A stretch of 16,266 bases of DNA, from positions 1 through 16,266 of the forward strand of contig CAJOQB010000038.1 in NCBI GenBank assembly GCA_905236405.1. The letters are read 5' to 3'. The notes beneath the pieces are model-generated. The model made no database searches, was not told where the DNA came from, and saw only the letters and a list, made by a program, of their open reading frames with translations. How positions within the stretch are numbered: position 1 is the stretch's first letter; every line of letters starts with the position of its first letter. Positions 6,531 through 14,441 of the stretch are shown here, piece after piece. Both the position numbers and the translations under genes were made by a program. The stretch is from an uncultured Bacteroidales bacterium. Lineage in GTDB: Bacteria; Bacteroidota; Bacteroidia; Bacteroidales; P3.

Positions 6531-8861
6531 ATGAATCAATATTTTTTTTATCCGCTCGTGCTTTTCTTCCTCGTTTGGGGTACTCAAACGAGTGCACAGA
6601 CCCCTGGATATAGTAAAAATGTGACCGATTATATCGATGTGATGCACTACGATTTGGTGTTAGATATGGGTCATCAATATGAGAATCAGTTGGCAGGATG
6701 TGCTACATTGTATTTTTGGCTGTTGGCTCCTGTCGATTCTGTAGAGTTAAGTCTGGTGGCCTCACAAGTTGATTCTGTTTTTCTTGACCAGCAGTCAGTG
6801 GGCTATAGTTTCCGTGCGAGGTCGCTTTATGTCAACACATCGTTTGTTCCTGTGGGTAACATCGTAACATGTCGTATTTATTATCGTTCCAATGGGCATG
6901 TGGAACCCTATGGTTTCGGTGGACTGCATTTCGACCCCACCTTATATTATAATTTAGGTGTGGCTTTCGATGACAATCCTCACAACTATGGCAAGGTGCT
7001 CTTCCCGTGTCGAGACAATTTCCACGACAAGGCTACCTATACAGTCCATGCCACCGCACCTATAGGGTGGACCACCCAGTGCAGCGGTATGCTCGACAGT
7101 GTCGTCATCAATAACGATGGCAGCCAGACCACCCATTGGCGGCTCGACCAGCCTATCCCGACCTATTTATTGGGCATCGCCATGGCCAACTTCCACACGG
7201 TGGAACGAGATGTTCAAGGTGTTTATGGAAGTTATCCCGTCACGGTGGCATTCCGTACTGAGGACAGTCTCCAAGTGGCCACCTATTTCGAACTGCTCGA
7301 CGATGTGGTGCCGATGTTCGAACGTTGTTTCGGCCCTTATCGTTGGGGGCGCATCGGTTATGTGGGTACCACCAAGGGCTCGATGGAGCATGCCACCAAT
7401 ATTGCTTTGGTCAACGGATGTATCGCAGCCATCAACCATGAGCTGTGCCAATCGACCACATCCCATGAGTTGGGTCATGCTTGGTTCGGTAACCTGATTA
7501 CTTGTGAGACAGCCGACGAGATGTGGTTCAACGAGGGCGGTGCCACCTTTACCTCGGAAGTGGCCATCGAGGCGCTCTTTGGCAAGGACTATGCCAACGA
7601 TTTCTACCAGTCCAGTCTTGAGTCGGTGTTTCGAACCACCCATAGAAAGGATGGCGGTTATTACCCCCTCCAAGGACAATCCCACGCCAATGTCTATGGT
7701 AGCACCACCTACGACAAGGGAGGCATGGTGTGGCACTCTTTGCGTGGCTATTTGGGCGACAGCCTTTTCTATGCGACGATGCAGCAACTTTTCCTCCGCA
7801 ACGCATTTACCTCGATGAACGCCATCGCCATACGCGACAGCCTGTCGTTGTACAGCGGTACCGACCTTACCGACTTCTTCGATTTCCATGTATTCGGCCC
7901 GGGCTTCCAAGATTTCTATGTCGAGTCGATGCACAGTGGGCGGCAAGGCAACATCTATCAGACCACTGTGGAGTTGCGGCAGAAACTTGTCCATGCACCG
8001 CAGTATGCCAACTCCAACCGCATACCGCTCACCTTCGTTGGCGGTCAAAACCAGCGTCACACGTGTCTTGCCACCTTCGATGGAGCTTCGGCCACACTGA
8101 CGTTCCAGCTTCCTTTCGAGCCAAAGATTGTGCTGGTTGATTTCGACCGCACTTTCTCCGACGCTGTCACCAGCAACGAGATAGTGTTGGCTCCCAACGC
8201 CTCGGTGGTGACCGACGAGGTCATTCACTTCAAGACACTTCCCGCCACCCTTTCCGACACGGCACGTCTCTTTGTCGAGTTGCATTGGAGCGACCCCGAT
8301 CTCGATGGCAATCCAGGTATTGTCCGCACGTCGCACCACTATTGGGTTGTCCAAGGGCTGGTGCCCGACAGCAGTGTGCTGCGTGGTTATTTTGGATATG
8401 GCTCGTCGGGACAGTTCGACGAAGATTTGATGTATGGGTCGTCCTCACGCGATTCGGTGCGTCTGCTTTATCGACGCGACAGTCATAGCCCTTGGCAGGT
8501 GGTCAACTCATCGGTGGCCAATGGCTATTTGCTCTGCAAAAACATCTCCATGGGCGAATACACCGTTGCCATTGTCGACGAGAACCAACTTGAGGTGCCT
8601 ACACCGATTTCTTCGACAGCCAAGGTGAAAATTTTTCCTTGCCCCAGTAGAGACGGCATCACCGTCGACATCGAGGGCTATCAGGGCAAGGTCGATGTTA
8701 ATATCTTTGACCTTGGTGGTCGTCAAGTGGCACATTTTCAGGATCAGACAGTCGGCCAATATGTTCCCCTTAACCTTCCTTCGGGCACCTATGTGGTCAC
8801 CGTTTCCGACCGTTTTCATACCTTCAAATATGTCCAAAGATTGTTAATTAAGATTTTTTAA
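6531..8861 (+). CDS. Secreted M1-family zinc aminopeptidase with a C-terminal T9SS type-A sorting domain
   Basis: 776-aa ORF. Signal peptide MNQYFFYPLVLFFLVWGTQTSAQ. Gluzincin motif HELGH (7464..7478) with the third zinc ligand Glu exactly 18 residues later (NEGGATF, GAG at 7533..7535), giving HExxH-x18-E. The GxMEN-like exopeptidase motif reads GSMEH (7377..7391). The C-terminal 79 aa resemble a Por/T9SS CTD. Confidence 0.9.
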   Translation: MNQYFFYPLVLFFLVWGTQTSAQTPGYSKNVTDYIDVMHYDLVLDMGHQYENQLAGCATLYFWLLAPVDSVELSLVASQVDSVFLDQQSVGYSFRARSLYVNTSFVPVGNIVTCRIYYRSNGHVEPYGFGGLHFDPTLYYNLGVAFDDNPHNYGKVLFPCRDNFHDKATYTVHATAPIGWTTQCSGMLDSVVINNDGSQTTHWRLDQPIPTYLLGIAMANFHTVERDVQGVYGSYPVTVAFRTEDSLQVATYFELLDDVVPMFERCFGPYRWGRIGYVGTTKGSMEHATNIALVNGCIAAINHELCQSTTSHELGHAWFGNLITCETADEMWFNEGGATFTSEVAIEALFGKDYANDFYQSSLESVFRTTHRKDGGYYPLQGQSHANVYGSTTYDKGGMVWHSLRGYLGDSLFYATMQQLFLRNAFTSMNAIAIRDSLSLYSGTDLTDFFDFHVFGPGFQDFYVESMHSGRQGNIYQTTVELRQKLVHAPQYANSNRIPLTFVGGQNQRHTCLATFDGASATLTFQLPFEPKIVLVDFDRTFSDAVTSNEIVLAPNASVVTDEVIHFKTLPATLSDTARLFVELHWSDPDLDGNPGIVRTSHHYWVVQGLVPDSSVLRGYFGYGSSGQFDEDLMYGSSSRDSVRLLYRRDSHSPWQVVNSSVANGYLLCKNISMGEYTVAIVDENQLEVPTPISSTAKVKIFPCPSRDGITVDIEGYQGKVDVNIFDLGGRQVAHFQDQTVGQYVPLNLPSGTYVVTVSDRFHTFKYVQRLLIKIF
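8622..8858 (+). other. T9SS type-A C-terminal sorting domain of the M1 peptidase
   Basis: KVKIFPCPSRDGITVDIEGYQGKVDVNIFDLGGRQVAHFQDQTVGQYVPLNLPSGTYVVTVSDRFHTFKYVQRLLIKIF. This fits the (V/I)(Y/F)PNP-like start, the ...iyd..Gr.v.... middle, L..G.Y.v.v and a hydrophobic/basic end, as in TIGR04183-type CTDs. Confidence 0.7.
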
Positions 8862-8907
8862 CTATACCGCGTGTTTCTTTTTGGGGGGTTCATACGTCTA
8901 CACGTTC

Positions 8908-9495
8908 GTGATTCAAGAATCTGACATAAAACTCAACGAACTCGTTCGCCGCTGTCAGCACCATGATGCTGTAGCTCAGCGGCTGCTCTATGACCGCTAT
9001 AACAGGCTGTTATATGCTATATGTCTACGCTATTTGGGTTCACGTGACGAGGCTGACGATTTGTTGGTGGAATCGTTCGTCAAGATTTACCAACAGATCG
9101 AAGGATTCGGAGGCGACGAACGGGCTTTTGTGGCTTGGATGAAGCGTATCGTCATCAACGGGGCCATCGATATCATTCGCTACAGGCGTTACCGTGATCA
9201 CCTCGACGTCGATGACTCAGAAGCCATGGCCTCTGTTCGATGTGCCGACGACAATGGTATAGAAAGGTTTATGAATCGTGAACTTATCGACCGAGCCATG
9301 CAGCGGATTTCCGACATGTATCGGCAGACGTTGCTCCTGATAGCCGTCGACGGATACAGTTACACGGAGGTGGCCGAGATGCTTCAGCAGTCAGTCCCCT
9401 TGGTGAAGACACACTACTACAGGGCCTGCAATCAGTTGCGGAAGATTATCCGCAATCTGGATTACGAAACGTGGAAAGAGTACAGTGGAGAATAA
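8908..9495 (+). CDS. ECF-subfamily RNA polymerase sigma-70 factor (start codon uncertain: GTG 8908 or TTG 8881)
   Basis: Region 2: LLYDRYNRLLYAICLRYLGSRDEADDLLVESFVKIYQQIEGF...FVAWMKRIVINGAIDIIR. Region 4 helix-turn-helix: YRQTLLLIAVDGYSYTEVAEMLQQSVPLVKTHYYRACNQLRKII. There is no in-frame ATG upstream of region 2. In-frame candidates are TTG 8881 and GTG 8908; GTG gives the usual spacing before region 2. Confidence 0.85.
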   Translation: MIQESDIKLNELVRRCQHHDAVAQRLLYDRYNRLLYAICLRYLGSRDEADDLLVESFVKIYQQIEGFGGDERAFVAWMKRIVINGAIDIIRYRRYRDHLDVDDSEAMASVRCADDNGIERFMNRELIDRAMQRISDMYRQTLLLIAVDGYSYTEVAEMLQQSVPLVKTHYYRACNQLRKIIRNLDYETWKEYSGE

Positions 9496-9546
9496 CAATG
9501 TGAACATAAGAGCTGCTTCGGCAGTACCAAATATTAAACAGGAAAA

Positions 9547-10389
9547 ATGAAACAGAACGAATATAAAGACATCGAGCAATTGCTGCAGGACACCTACGGG
9601 CAGCAAGAAGTCGCCCCCGACAGCGACCTCTGGTCGCGTATCGCATCGCAAATGGAAACACCCGCTGTCCAACGTGGCCCATGGAAGAAGAAATCCACCG
9701 AGCTCATCATTGCGTTGGCTTCGTTGACGGCTGTGGTGACTACCATCCTTTTGGTCTTTCCTCCGAGCTCCTATCGCCAGCCCGACCCCATCGTCGCCGA
9801 GGTAACGACGGCTACTGTCACCGAACCATCACAGTCGGTGGCTGCCTCGACCGTTGCCGCCGCGCAACCCGAGGCCAAGACCGTTAAGGGAAAGGTTGTT
9901 TCCTCCACCACAGAACCTGCATCCTCATCCTCGCAGTTGGTAGCCGCACCTCGTACCGCTGCTAACCGTCCTGTGGTTGCCAGCCGAACCACTGTTGTTC
10001 CCTCCGCCGCACCTGCTGTGACGACAGTCGACCATCCTGCTGCCGACCCCGTGGCACCGTCGCAACCTACAGCCGGTGGCCAGACGGCTCCAGCCCCTGT
10101 CACACCCTCGGCTCCGACGAACTTTCCTACTGTGTCGCTGAATATTCCTAACGTCATCACCCCCAACGGCGACGGCATCAACGACCGTTTCGACATCGAG
10201 GGCATCCAGGATATCGACGACCTGAAGCTGCAGATTTTCGACCGTCGCGGTCATCTGCTCTACACCTCCAACCACTACAAGGGTGGCTACACCGGCGACG
10301 GCCTTGAAGACGGCACCTATATCTACAGCCTGACCTCAAGCAGTCGAGGCATCCAACGACGTGGGTCGTTGCTCATCAAGCGGAAGTGA
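9547..10389 (+). CDS. Single-pass anti-sigma-like membrane protein with a P/A/T/S/V-rich linker and a T9SS type-B (gliding-motility-associated, CHU_C-like) C-terminal domain
   Basis: 280-aa ORF starting 51 nt after the sigma stop. The hydrophilic N-terminus carries ...PDSDLWSRIASQM, a pattern common in Bacteroidota proteins encoded after ECF sigma genes. KKK followed by the hydrophobic LIIALASLTAVVTTILLVF gives an N-in topology. A low-complexity region of about 125 aa follows, then a terminal 81-aa CTD. Confidence 0.8.
   Translation: MKQNEYKDIEQLLQDTYGQQEVAPDSDLWSRIASQMETPAVQRGPWKKKSTELIIALASLTAVVTTILLVFPPSSYRQPDPIVAEVTTATVTEPSQSVAASTVAAAQPEAKTVKGKVVSSTTEPASSSSQLVAAPRTAANRPVVASRTTVVPSAAPAVTTVDHPAADPVAPSQPTAGGQTAPAPVTPSAPTNFPTVSLNIPNVITPNGDGINDRFDIEGIQDIDDLKLQIFDRRGHLLYTSNHYKGGYTGDGLEDGTYIYSLTSSSRGIQRRGSLLIKRK
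9766..10143 (+). repeat. Low-complexity P/A/T/S/V-rich linker coding region, probably disordered
   Basis: Translated: SSYRQPDPIVAEVTTATVTEPSQSVAASTVAAAQPEAKTVKGKVVSSTTEPASSSSQLVAAPRTAANRPVVASRTTVVPSAAPAVTTVDHPAADPVAPSQPTAGGQTAPAPVTPSAPTNFPTVSLN. The composition is biased, with no hydrophobic core pattern. Confidence 0.7.
10144..10386 (+). other. T9SS type-B sorting domain (TIGR04131 / CHU_C-like)
   Basis: IPNVITPNGDGINDRFDIEGIQDIDDLKLQIFDRRGHLLYTSNHYKGGYTGDGLEDGTYIYSLTSSSRGIQRRGSLLIKRK. This matches the hallmark P(N)(V/A)(F/I)TPNGDG(I/V)ND.F.I.G...... L.I(F/Y)(N/D)R.G..(V/L)(F/Y)......... G....G..L..G(T/V)Y(Y/I)Y.........G.(V/L).(L/I).R. Confidence 0.8.
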
Positions 10390-10423
10390 AAAGATAGTGG
10401 TTTCGATAATGCTGTTTGAAACA

Positions 10424-10466
10424 AAAACCTCGTTTTCGTTCGTACCGAAAACGAGGTTTTCGTTTG
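10424..10466 (+). terminator. Rho-independent-type terminator hairpin after the sigma/anti-sigma unit
   Basis: Perfect 15-bp stem: AAAACCTCGTTTTCG (10424..10438) pairs with CGAAAACGAGGTTTT (10446..10460). The loop is 7 nt (TTCGTAC). The hairpin is followed by CGTTTG. Four more base pairs are possible beyond one mismatch (10419..10422 with 10462..10465). The hairpin begins 34 nt after stop codon 10387..10389. Confidence 0.75.
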
Positions 10467-10585
10467 CAATGTGTTTATCGAAGGGTCGTTGGCTGTCGAT
10501 GGGGGAGGGTCGCCAACTTTAATTTCCATATGATACAATTTTATTGCCACAGTTACGTTTCTTAAATTATCAAAATAGGATATCT

Positions 10586-11380
10586 ATGCAACAATATCTT
10601 GACCTACTGCAACATGTGCTCGACCATGGCACACCCAAACAGGACCGCACCGGCACGGGCACCCGCTCGGTGTTCGGATACCAGATGCGGTTCGACCTGC
10701 AGAAAGGCTTTCCGCTGTTGACCACCAAGAAACTGCACCTGCGTTCCATCATCTACGAACTGTTGTGGTTCCTTCGTGGCGACACCAATGTGCAGTACCT
10801 CCACGACCACAAAGTGACGATATGGGACGAGTGGGCCGATGAGCAGGGCGACCTGGGCCCCATCTACGGCCATCAGTGGCGTTCGTGGGGATGTGCCGAC
10901 GGCAGTACGGTGGACCAGATAGGCCAGTTGGTGCATCAAATCAAGACCAACCCCGACTCGCGACGACTGCTGATTTCGGCATGGAACGTGGGCGAGTTGG
11001 AGCAGATGGCGTTGCCTCCCTGCCATATTATCTTCCAGTTCTATGTGGCCGACGGACGTCTGTCGTGCCAGCTCTACCAGCGCAGCGCCGACATCTTCCT
11101 TGGCGTGCCGTTCAACATTGCCAGCTATTCGTTGCTCACCATGATGCTGGCACAAGCCACGGGACTCCAGCCAGGCGAGTTCATCCATACGTTGGGCGAC
11201 GCCCATATCTACAACAACCACATAGAGCAGTGCCGCCTGCAGCTCACGAGGACACCTCGACCGCTGCCCACCATGCGGCTCAATCCCGACAAGAGAGATA
11301 TCTTTGGTTTCGACTACGACGATTTCACGCTGGAGGGCTACGACCCCCATCCACACATCAAAGGAGAGGTGAGCGTTTGA
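10586..11380 (+). CDS. thyA: Thymidylate synthase (ThyA, folate-dependent)
   Basis: [68 protein letters not shown]... is near-collinear with E. coli ThyA ([31 protein letters not shown]...). The catalytic Cys context is ALPPCH. I set the start at ATG 10586 rather than the track's upstream TTG at 10544. Confidence 0.95.
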   Translation: MQQYLDLLQHVLDHGTPKQDRTGTGTRSVFGYQMRFDLQKGFPLLTTKKLHLRSIIYELLWFLRGDTNVQYLHDHKVTIWDEWADEQGDLGPIYGHQWRSWGCADGSTVDQIGQLVHQIKTNPDSRRLLISAWNVGELEQMALPPCHIIFQFYVADGRLSCQLYQRSADIFLGVPFNIASYSLLTMMLAQATGLQPGEFIHTLGDAHIYNNHIEQCRLQLTRTPRPLPTMRLNPDKRDIFGFDYDDFTLEGYDPHPHIKGEVSV

Positions 11381-11405
11381 CAACACAAATAAAGGAGAGA
11401 GAGGT

Positions 11406-12488
11406 ATGAACCGTAATAATTTCTGCATCATCATGGCGGGTGGCTTCGGAAGCCGTTTCTGGCCGCTGTGCGACACAGCTAACCCCAAGCAGTTTATCGA
11501 CATCTTGGGCAACGGACAGTCGATGTTGCAAAACACCTTCCACCGCTATGCTCAGGTGTGTCCTCGCGAGAACATCATCATCGTTACCGCCGAGGGCTAC
11601 GGCAAGAGGGTCCACGACCAGATACCTGACCTGCAACGCTACCAAGTGCTCGAGGAACCCATGCGTCGCAACACGGCTCCTTGTGTGGCTTGGGCCGCCT
11701 CGGTCATAGAGGGCATCAACCCTAACGCCAACATCATCGTCACCCCGTCGGACCACGCCATCTTTGGCGACCGTATGTTTCAGGAGAAGATGAACAAGGC
11801 GGTGGATGCTGTCAACCGTTTCGACTGGATTGTCACCGTCGGTGTCAGACCCACCAACCCCAACACCAAATACGGCTACATCCAGTTTGCCGAAAGTCCC
11901 TCGTGCCAAGACATGCCCGACCTTCACAAGGTTATCACCTTTACTGAGAAACCACCCATCGAGATGGCCCGTCAGTTCATCCAGACCGGCGAATTCTTCT
12001 GGAATGCCGGTATCTTTGTGTGGCGGCTCGAAGTGATGAGAGAAGCCTTCAAGTGCTACCTTCCCTCGGTGTACGAGTCAATGCACAACTTGGGTGCCGA
12101 CCTCGACAGAGAACAGCTGCTGCAGTGCTATACGCGATTGGACAACATCTCCATCGACTATGGCATCATCGAAAAGGCCGACAACGTCCATGTATTGGAA
12201 GCCGACTTCGGATGGTCCGATGTCGAGACATGGGAACTGCTCTACAATGCCAGCATCAAGGACCCCGACGGCAATGCTATCGTGTCGGGTGATGTGATGA
12301 CATACGATGTGAAGAACTGTGTCGTCAACGCCCCAGGAGTCAAACAGACGTTGGTGCTGCAAGGGCTCGACGGATACATCGTCACCGCCAGCAAGGATGT
12401 GCTCATGGTGTGCCGTCGCGACCAACAGTCTGACATCACCCGTTTTGCCACCGATTATGAACTGCGGAAACATCGCAAGCAATATTAA
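11406..12488 (+). CDS. manC: Mannose-1-phosphate guanylyltransferase (GDP-mannose pyrophosphorylase), short form without a C-terminal PMI/cupin domain
   Basis: The N-terminal nucleotidyltransferase motif is NFCIIMAGGFGSRFWPLCDTANPKQFIDILG. Length (360 aa) and downstream blocks (EPMRRNTAPCVAWA, TPSDHAI, YGYIQ, FTEKP, FFWNAGIFVW, SIDYGIIEKA) are typical of the ManC/RfbM family. Confidence 0.8.
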   Translation: MNRNNFCIIMAGGFGSRFWPLCDTANPKQFIDILGNGQSMLQNTFHRYAQVCPRENIIIVTAEGYGKRVHDQIPDLQRYQVLEEPMRRNTAPCVAWAASVIEGINPNANIIVTPSDHAIFGDRMFQEKMNKAVDAVNRFDWIVTVGVRPTNPNTKYGYIQFAESPSCQDMPDLHKVITFTEKPPIEMARQFIQTGEFFWNAGIFVWRLEVMREAFKCYLPSVYESMHNLGADLDREQLLQCYTRLDNISIDYGIIEKADNVHVLEADFGWSDVETWELLYNASIKDPDGNAIVSGDVMTYDVKNCVVNAPGVKQTLVLQGLDGYIVTASKDVLMVCRRDQQSDITRFATDYELRKHRKQY

Positions 12489-12512
12489 CATCGAAAAGTA
12501 ATACAACATTCA

Positions 12513-13913
12513 ATGATTAAGCATATCGAAATAGCCCGTCTGCTGAAGGGCGACAATGAACAACTGATGGGCACCAGCATCGAAGTGAAAGGCTGGGTGC
12601 GTACCAAACGCGGCAACAAGCATGTTGCCTTTATCGCGTTGAACGACGGTTCGACAATCAACAACCTGCAGGTGGTTGCCGACGTGGAACGTTTCGACGA
12701 TGAGCTCCTGAAACGGATTACCACAGGCGCCTGCCTCCATGTGACAGGCAAGCTGGTGGCTTCGCAAGGCAGCGGACAGAGCGTCGAGGTGCAGGCCGAA
12801 CAAATCGAAATCTACGGCGAGGCTTCCCCCGAGGACTATCCGCTCCAGAAGAAAGGCCACACCCCCGAGTTCCTGCGTAGCATCGCCCACATGCGTCCCC
12901 GCACCAACACCTATGGTGCCATCCTTCGTCTGCGTCACCACATGGCGTTCGCCATCCATAAATACTACAACGACCATGGCTTCTTCTACCTCCACACACC
13001 GCTGATTACCAGCAGCGATGCCGAAGGCGCTGGCGACATGTTCCATGTCACCACCCTCGACCTGAACCATCTTCCCATGACTGAAGAGGGTAAGGTGGAC
13101 TACGAGCAGGATTTCTTCGGCAAGCACACCAACCTTACCGTGTCGGGTCAGTTAGAGGGCGAGCTGGGTGCCTTGTCGTTGGGCAAGATATACACCTTCG
13201 GTCCCACCTTCCGTGCCGAGAACTCGAACACCCCGCGTCACTTGGCCGAGTTCTGGATGATTGAGCCCGAGATGGCTTTCTACGAACTGGAAGACAATAT
13301 GGACTTGGCCGAGGACTTCCTCAAGTACTTAATCAAGTATGCTATCGACAACTGCGAGGACGACCTTAAGTTCATGAACGATATGTGGGACAAGGAGCTG
13401 CTGGATCGTCTCCATTTCGTGCTCGAACATCCCTTTATCCGCCTGCCTTACACCGAGGCCATCGACATCCTGCAGAAGTCGGGACAGAAGTTCGAGTTCC
13501 CCGTCTATTGGGGTGTCGACCTCCAGTCGGAACACGAACGCTATCTGGTCGAGAAACATTTCAAATGCCCTGTTATCTTGATTGACTATCCTGCCGAAAT
13601 CAAGGCGTTCTATATGAAACAGAACGACGACGGCAAGACGGTGCGTGCCATGGATGTGCTCTTCCCAAAGATTGGCGAGATTATCGGCGGTTCGCAGCGT
13701 GAAGAGAACTACGACAAACTGATGAAGGCCATCACCGACCGCAACATCCACATGAAAGACATGTGGTGGTATCTCGACACCCGTCGTTGGGGTACCGCTC
13801 CTCACAGTGGTTTCGGCCTCGGCTTCGAGCGTCTCATGCTCTTCATCACCGGCATGTCCAACATCCGTGACGTCATCCCCTTCCCCCGTACGCCAAAGAA
13901 CGCAGAATTCTAA
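12513..13913 (+). CDS. asnS: Asparagine--tRNA ligase
   Basis: 466 aa, collinear with E. coli AsnS. Shared blocks: [15 protein letters not shown], class II motifs [21 protein letters not shown] and GGSQRE, and the C-terminus [40 protein letters not shown]. Confidence 0.95.
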   Translation: MIKHIEIARLLKGDNEQLMGTSIEVKGWVRTKRGNKHVAFIALNDGSTINNLQVVADVERFDDELLKRITTGACLHVTGKLVASQGSGQSVEVQAEQIEIYGEASPEDYPLQKKGHTPEFLRSIAHMRPRTNTYGAILRLRHHMAFAIHKYYNDHGFFYLHTPLITSSDAEGAGDMFHVTTLDLNHLPMTEEGKVDYEQDFFGKHTNLTVSGQLEGELGALSLGKIYTFGPTFRAENSNTPRHLAEFWMIEPEMAFYELEDNMDLAEDFLKYLIKYAIDNCEDDLKFMNDMWDKELLDRLHFVLEHPFIRLPYTEAIDILQKSGQKFEFPVYWGVDLQSEHERYLVEKHFKCPVILIDYPAEIKAFYMKQNDDGKTVRAMDVLFPKIGEIIGGSQREENYDKLMKAITDRNIHMKDMWWYLDTRRWGTAPHSGFGLGFERLMLFITGMSNIRDVIPFPRTPKNAEF

Positions 13914-13933
13914 TCCTTTAAAACCTTTATATT

Positions 13934-14365
13934 ATGTCCAAATTCCTTAATGAGTTCAAAGAGTTTGCCGTCAAAGGCAACATGATTGACATGGCTGTGG
14001 GTATCATCATCGGTGGTGCCTTCGGCAAAATCGTTTCTTCGTTAGTGAACGACATCATCATGCCACTGTTCGCCGCCATCATCGGCGATGGTGCTTTCAA
14101 GGACTTGTCCGTCACGTTGAAGCAGGCAGTTCTCGACCCAGCCACAGGCGAGGAAGTGAAAGCTGCCGTGATGTGGAACTACGGTGCTTTCGTTCAGGAG
14201 TGTGTCGACTTCCTGATTATTGCATTCGTTATTTTCTTGCTCATCAAAGGCATCAACAAGCTGAAAGAGGCTGGCAAGAAAGAGGAAGAGGCTCCTGCTG
14301 CTCCCGCTGGTCCCACTCAGGAAGAGCTGCTTGCCGAGATTCGCGACCTGCTGAAGAAAGACTGA
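13934..14365 (+). CDS. mscL: Large-conductance mechanosensitive channel
   Basis: [45 protein letters not shown]... and ...[13 protein letters not shown] closely parallel E. coli MscL ([44 protein letters not shown] ... LLTEIRDLLKE). Confidence 0.95.
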   Translation: MSKFLNEFKEFAVKGNMIDMAVGIIIGGAFGKIVSSLVNDIIMPLFAAIIGDGAFKDLSVTLKQAVLDPATGEEVKAAVMWNYGAFVQECVDFLIIAFVIFLLIKGINKLKEAGKKEEEAPAAPAGPTQEELLAEIRDLLKKD

Positions 14366-14395
14366 TGCTTCATCGGTTGAGTTAATGAATGGATT

Positions 14396-14427
14396 CCTCC
14401 CTCGCCACAAGGTGAGGGAGGTTTTTT
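14396..14427 (+). terminator. Rho-independent terminator after mscL
   Basis: CCTCCCTCGCC (14396..14406) pairs with GGTGAGGGAGG (14411..14421). The stem is 11 bp including one G-U pair, the loop is ACAA, and TTTTTT (14422..14427) follows directly. It lies 31 nt after the mscL stop. Confidence 0.8.
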
Positions 14428-14441
14428 GCCCTGAAAGAACG

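Noticed and set aside
7167-8354. 395-aa ORF antisense to the M1 peptidase gene. Similar long antisense ORFs occur at 10604..11536 (opposite thyA), 12510..13127 (opposite asnS), 14382..15170 and 15154..15972 (opposite ribD and yigZ), and 128..406 (opposite iorA).
   Set aside because: The sense-strand genes match well-known families end to end. The antisense translations are low-complexity (rich in R, G, A, V and H) with no motifs. Long open antisense frames are expected in GC-biased coding DNA.
8878-8888. T5G6 homopolymer run at the 5' end of the sigma gene as a slipped-strand phase-variation switch.
   Set aside because: The tracts are short (5 and 6 nt), below the lengths usually linked to phase variation. 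It is also unclear whether the run lies within the translated region.
9512-9525. Small CTGC-TTCG-GCAG hairpin between the sigma and anti-sigma-like genes as an attenuator or terminator.
   Set aside because: The stem is only 4-5 bp and there is no U-tract. It is too weak to call.
9771-10205. 144-aa antisense ORF, plus overlapping ORFs at 9925..10275 and 9681..9887, inside the anti-sigma-like gene.
   Set aside because: They lie in the compositionally biased P/A/T-rich linker, where all frames tend to stay open. The sense frame alone gives the TM segment and the type-B CTD.
10467-10585. A promoter for thyA: the near-match TAcgTTTc at 10554..10561.
   Set aside because: The match to the -7 consensus is only 7 of 8, with the conserved final G missing. 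There is no -33 element at the proper spacing. It is too weak to list as a feature.
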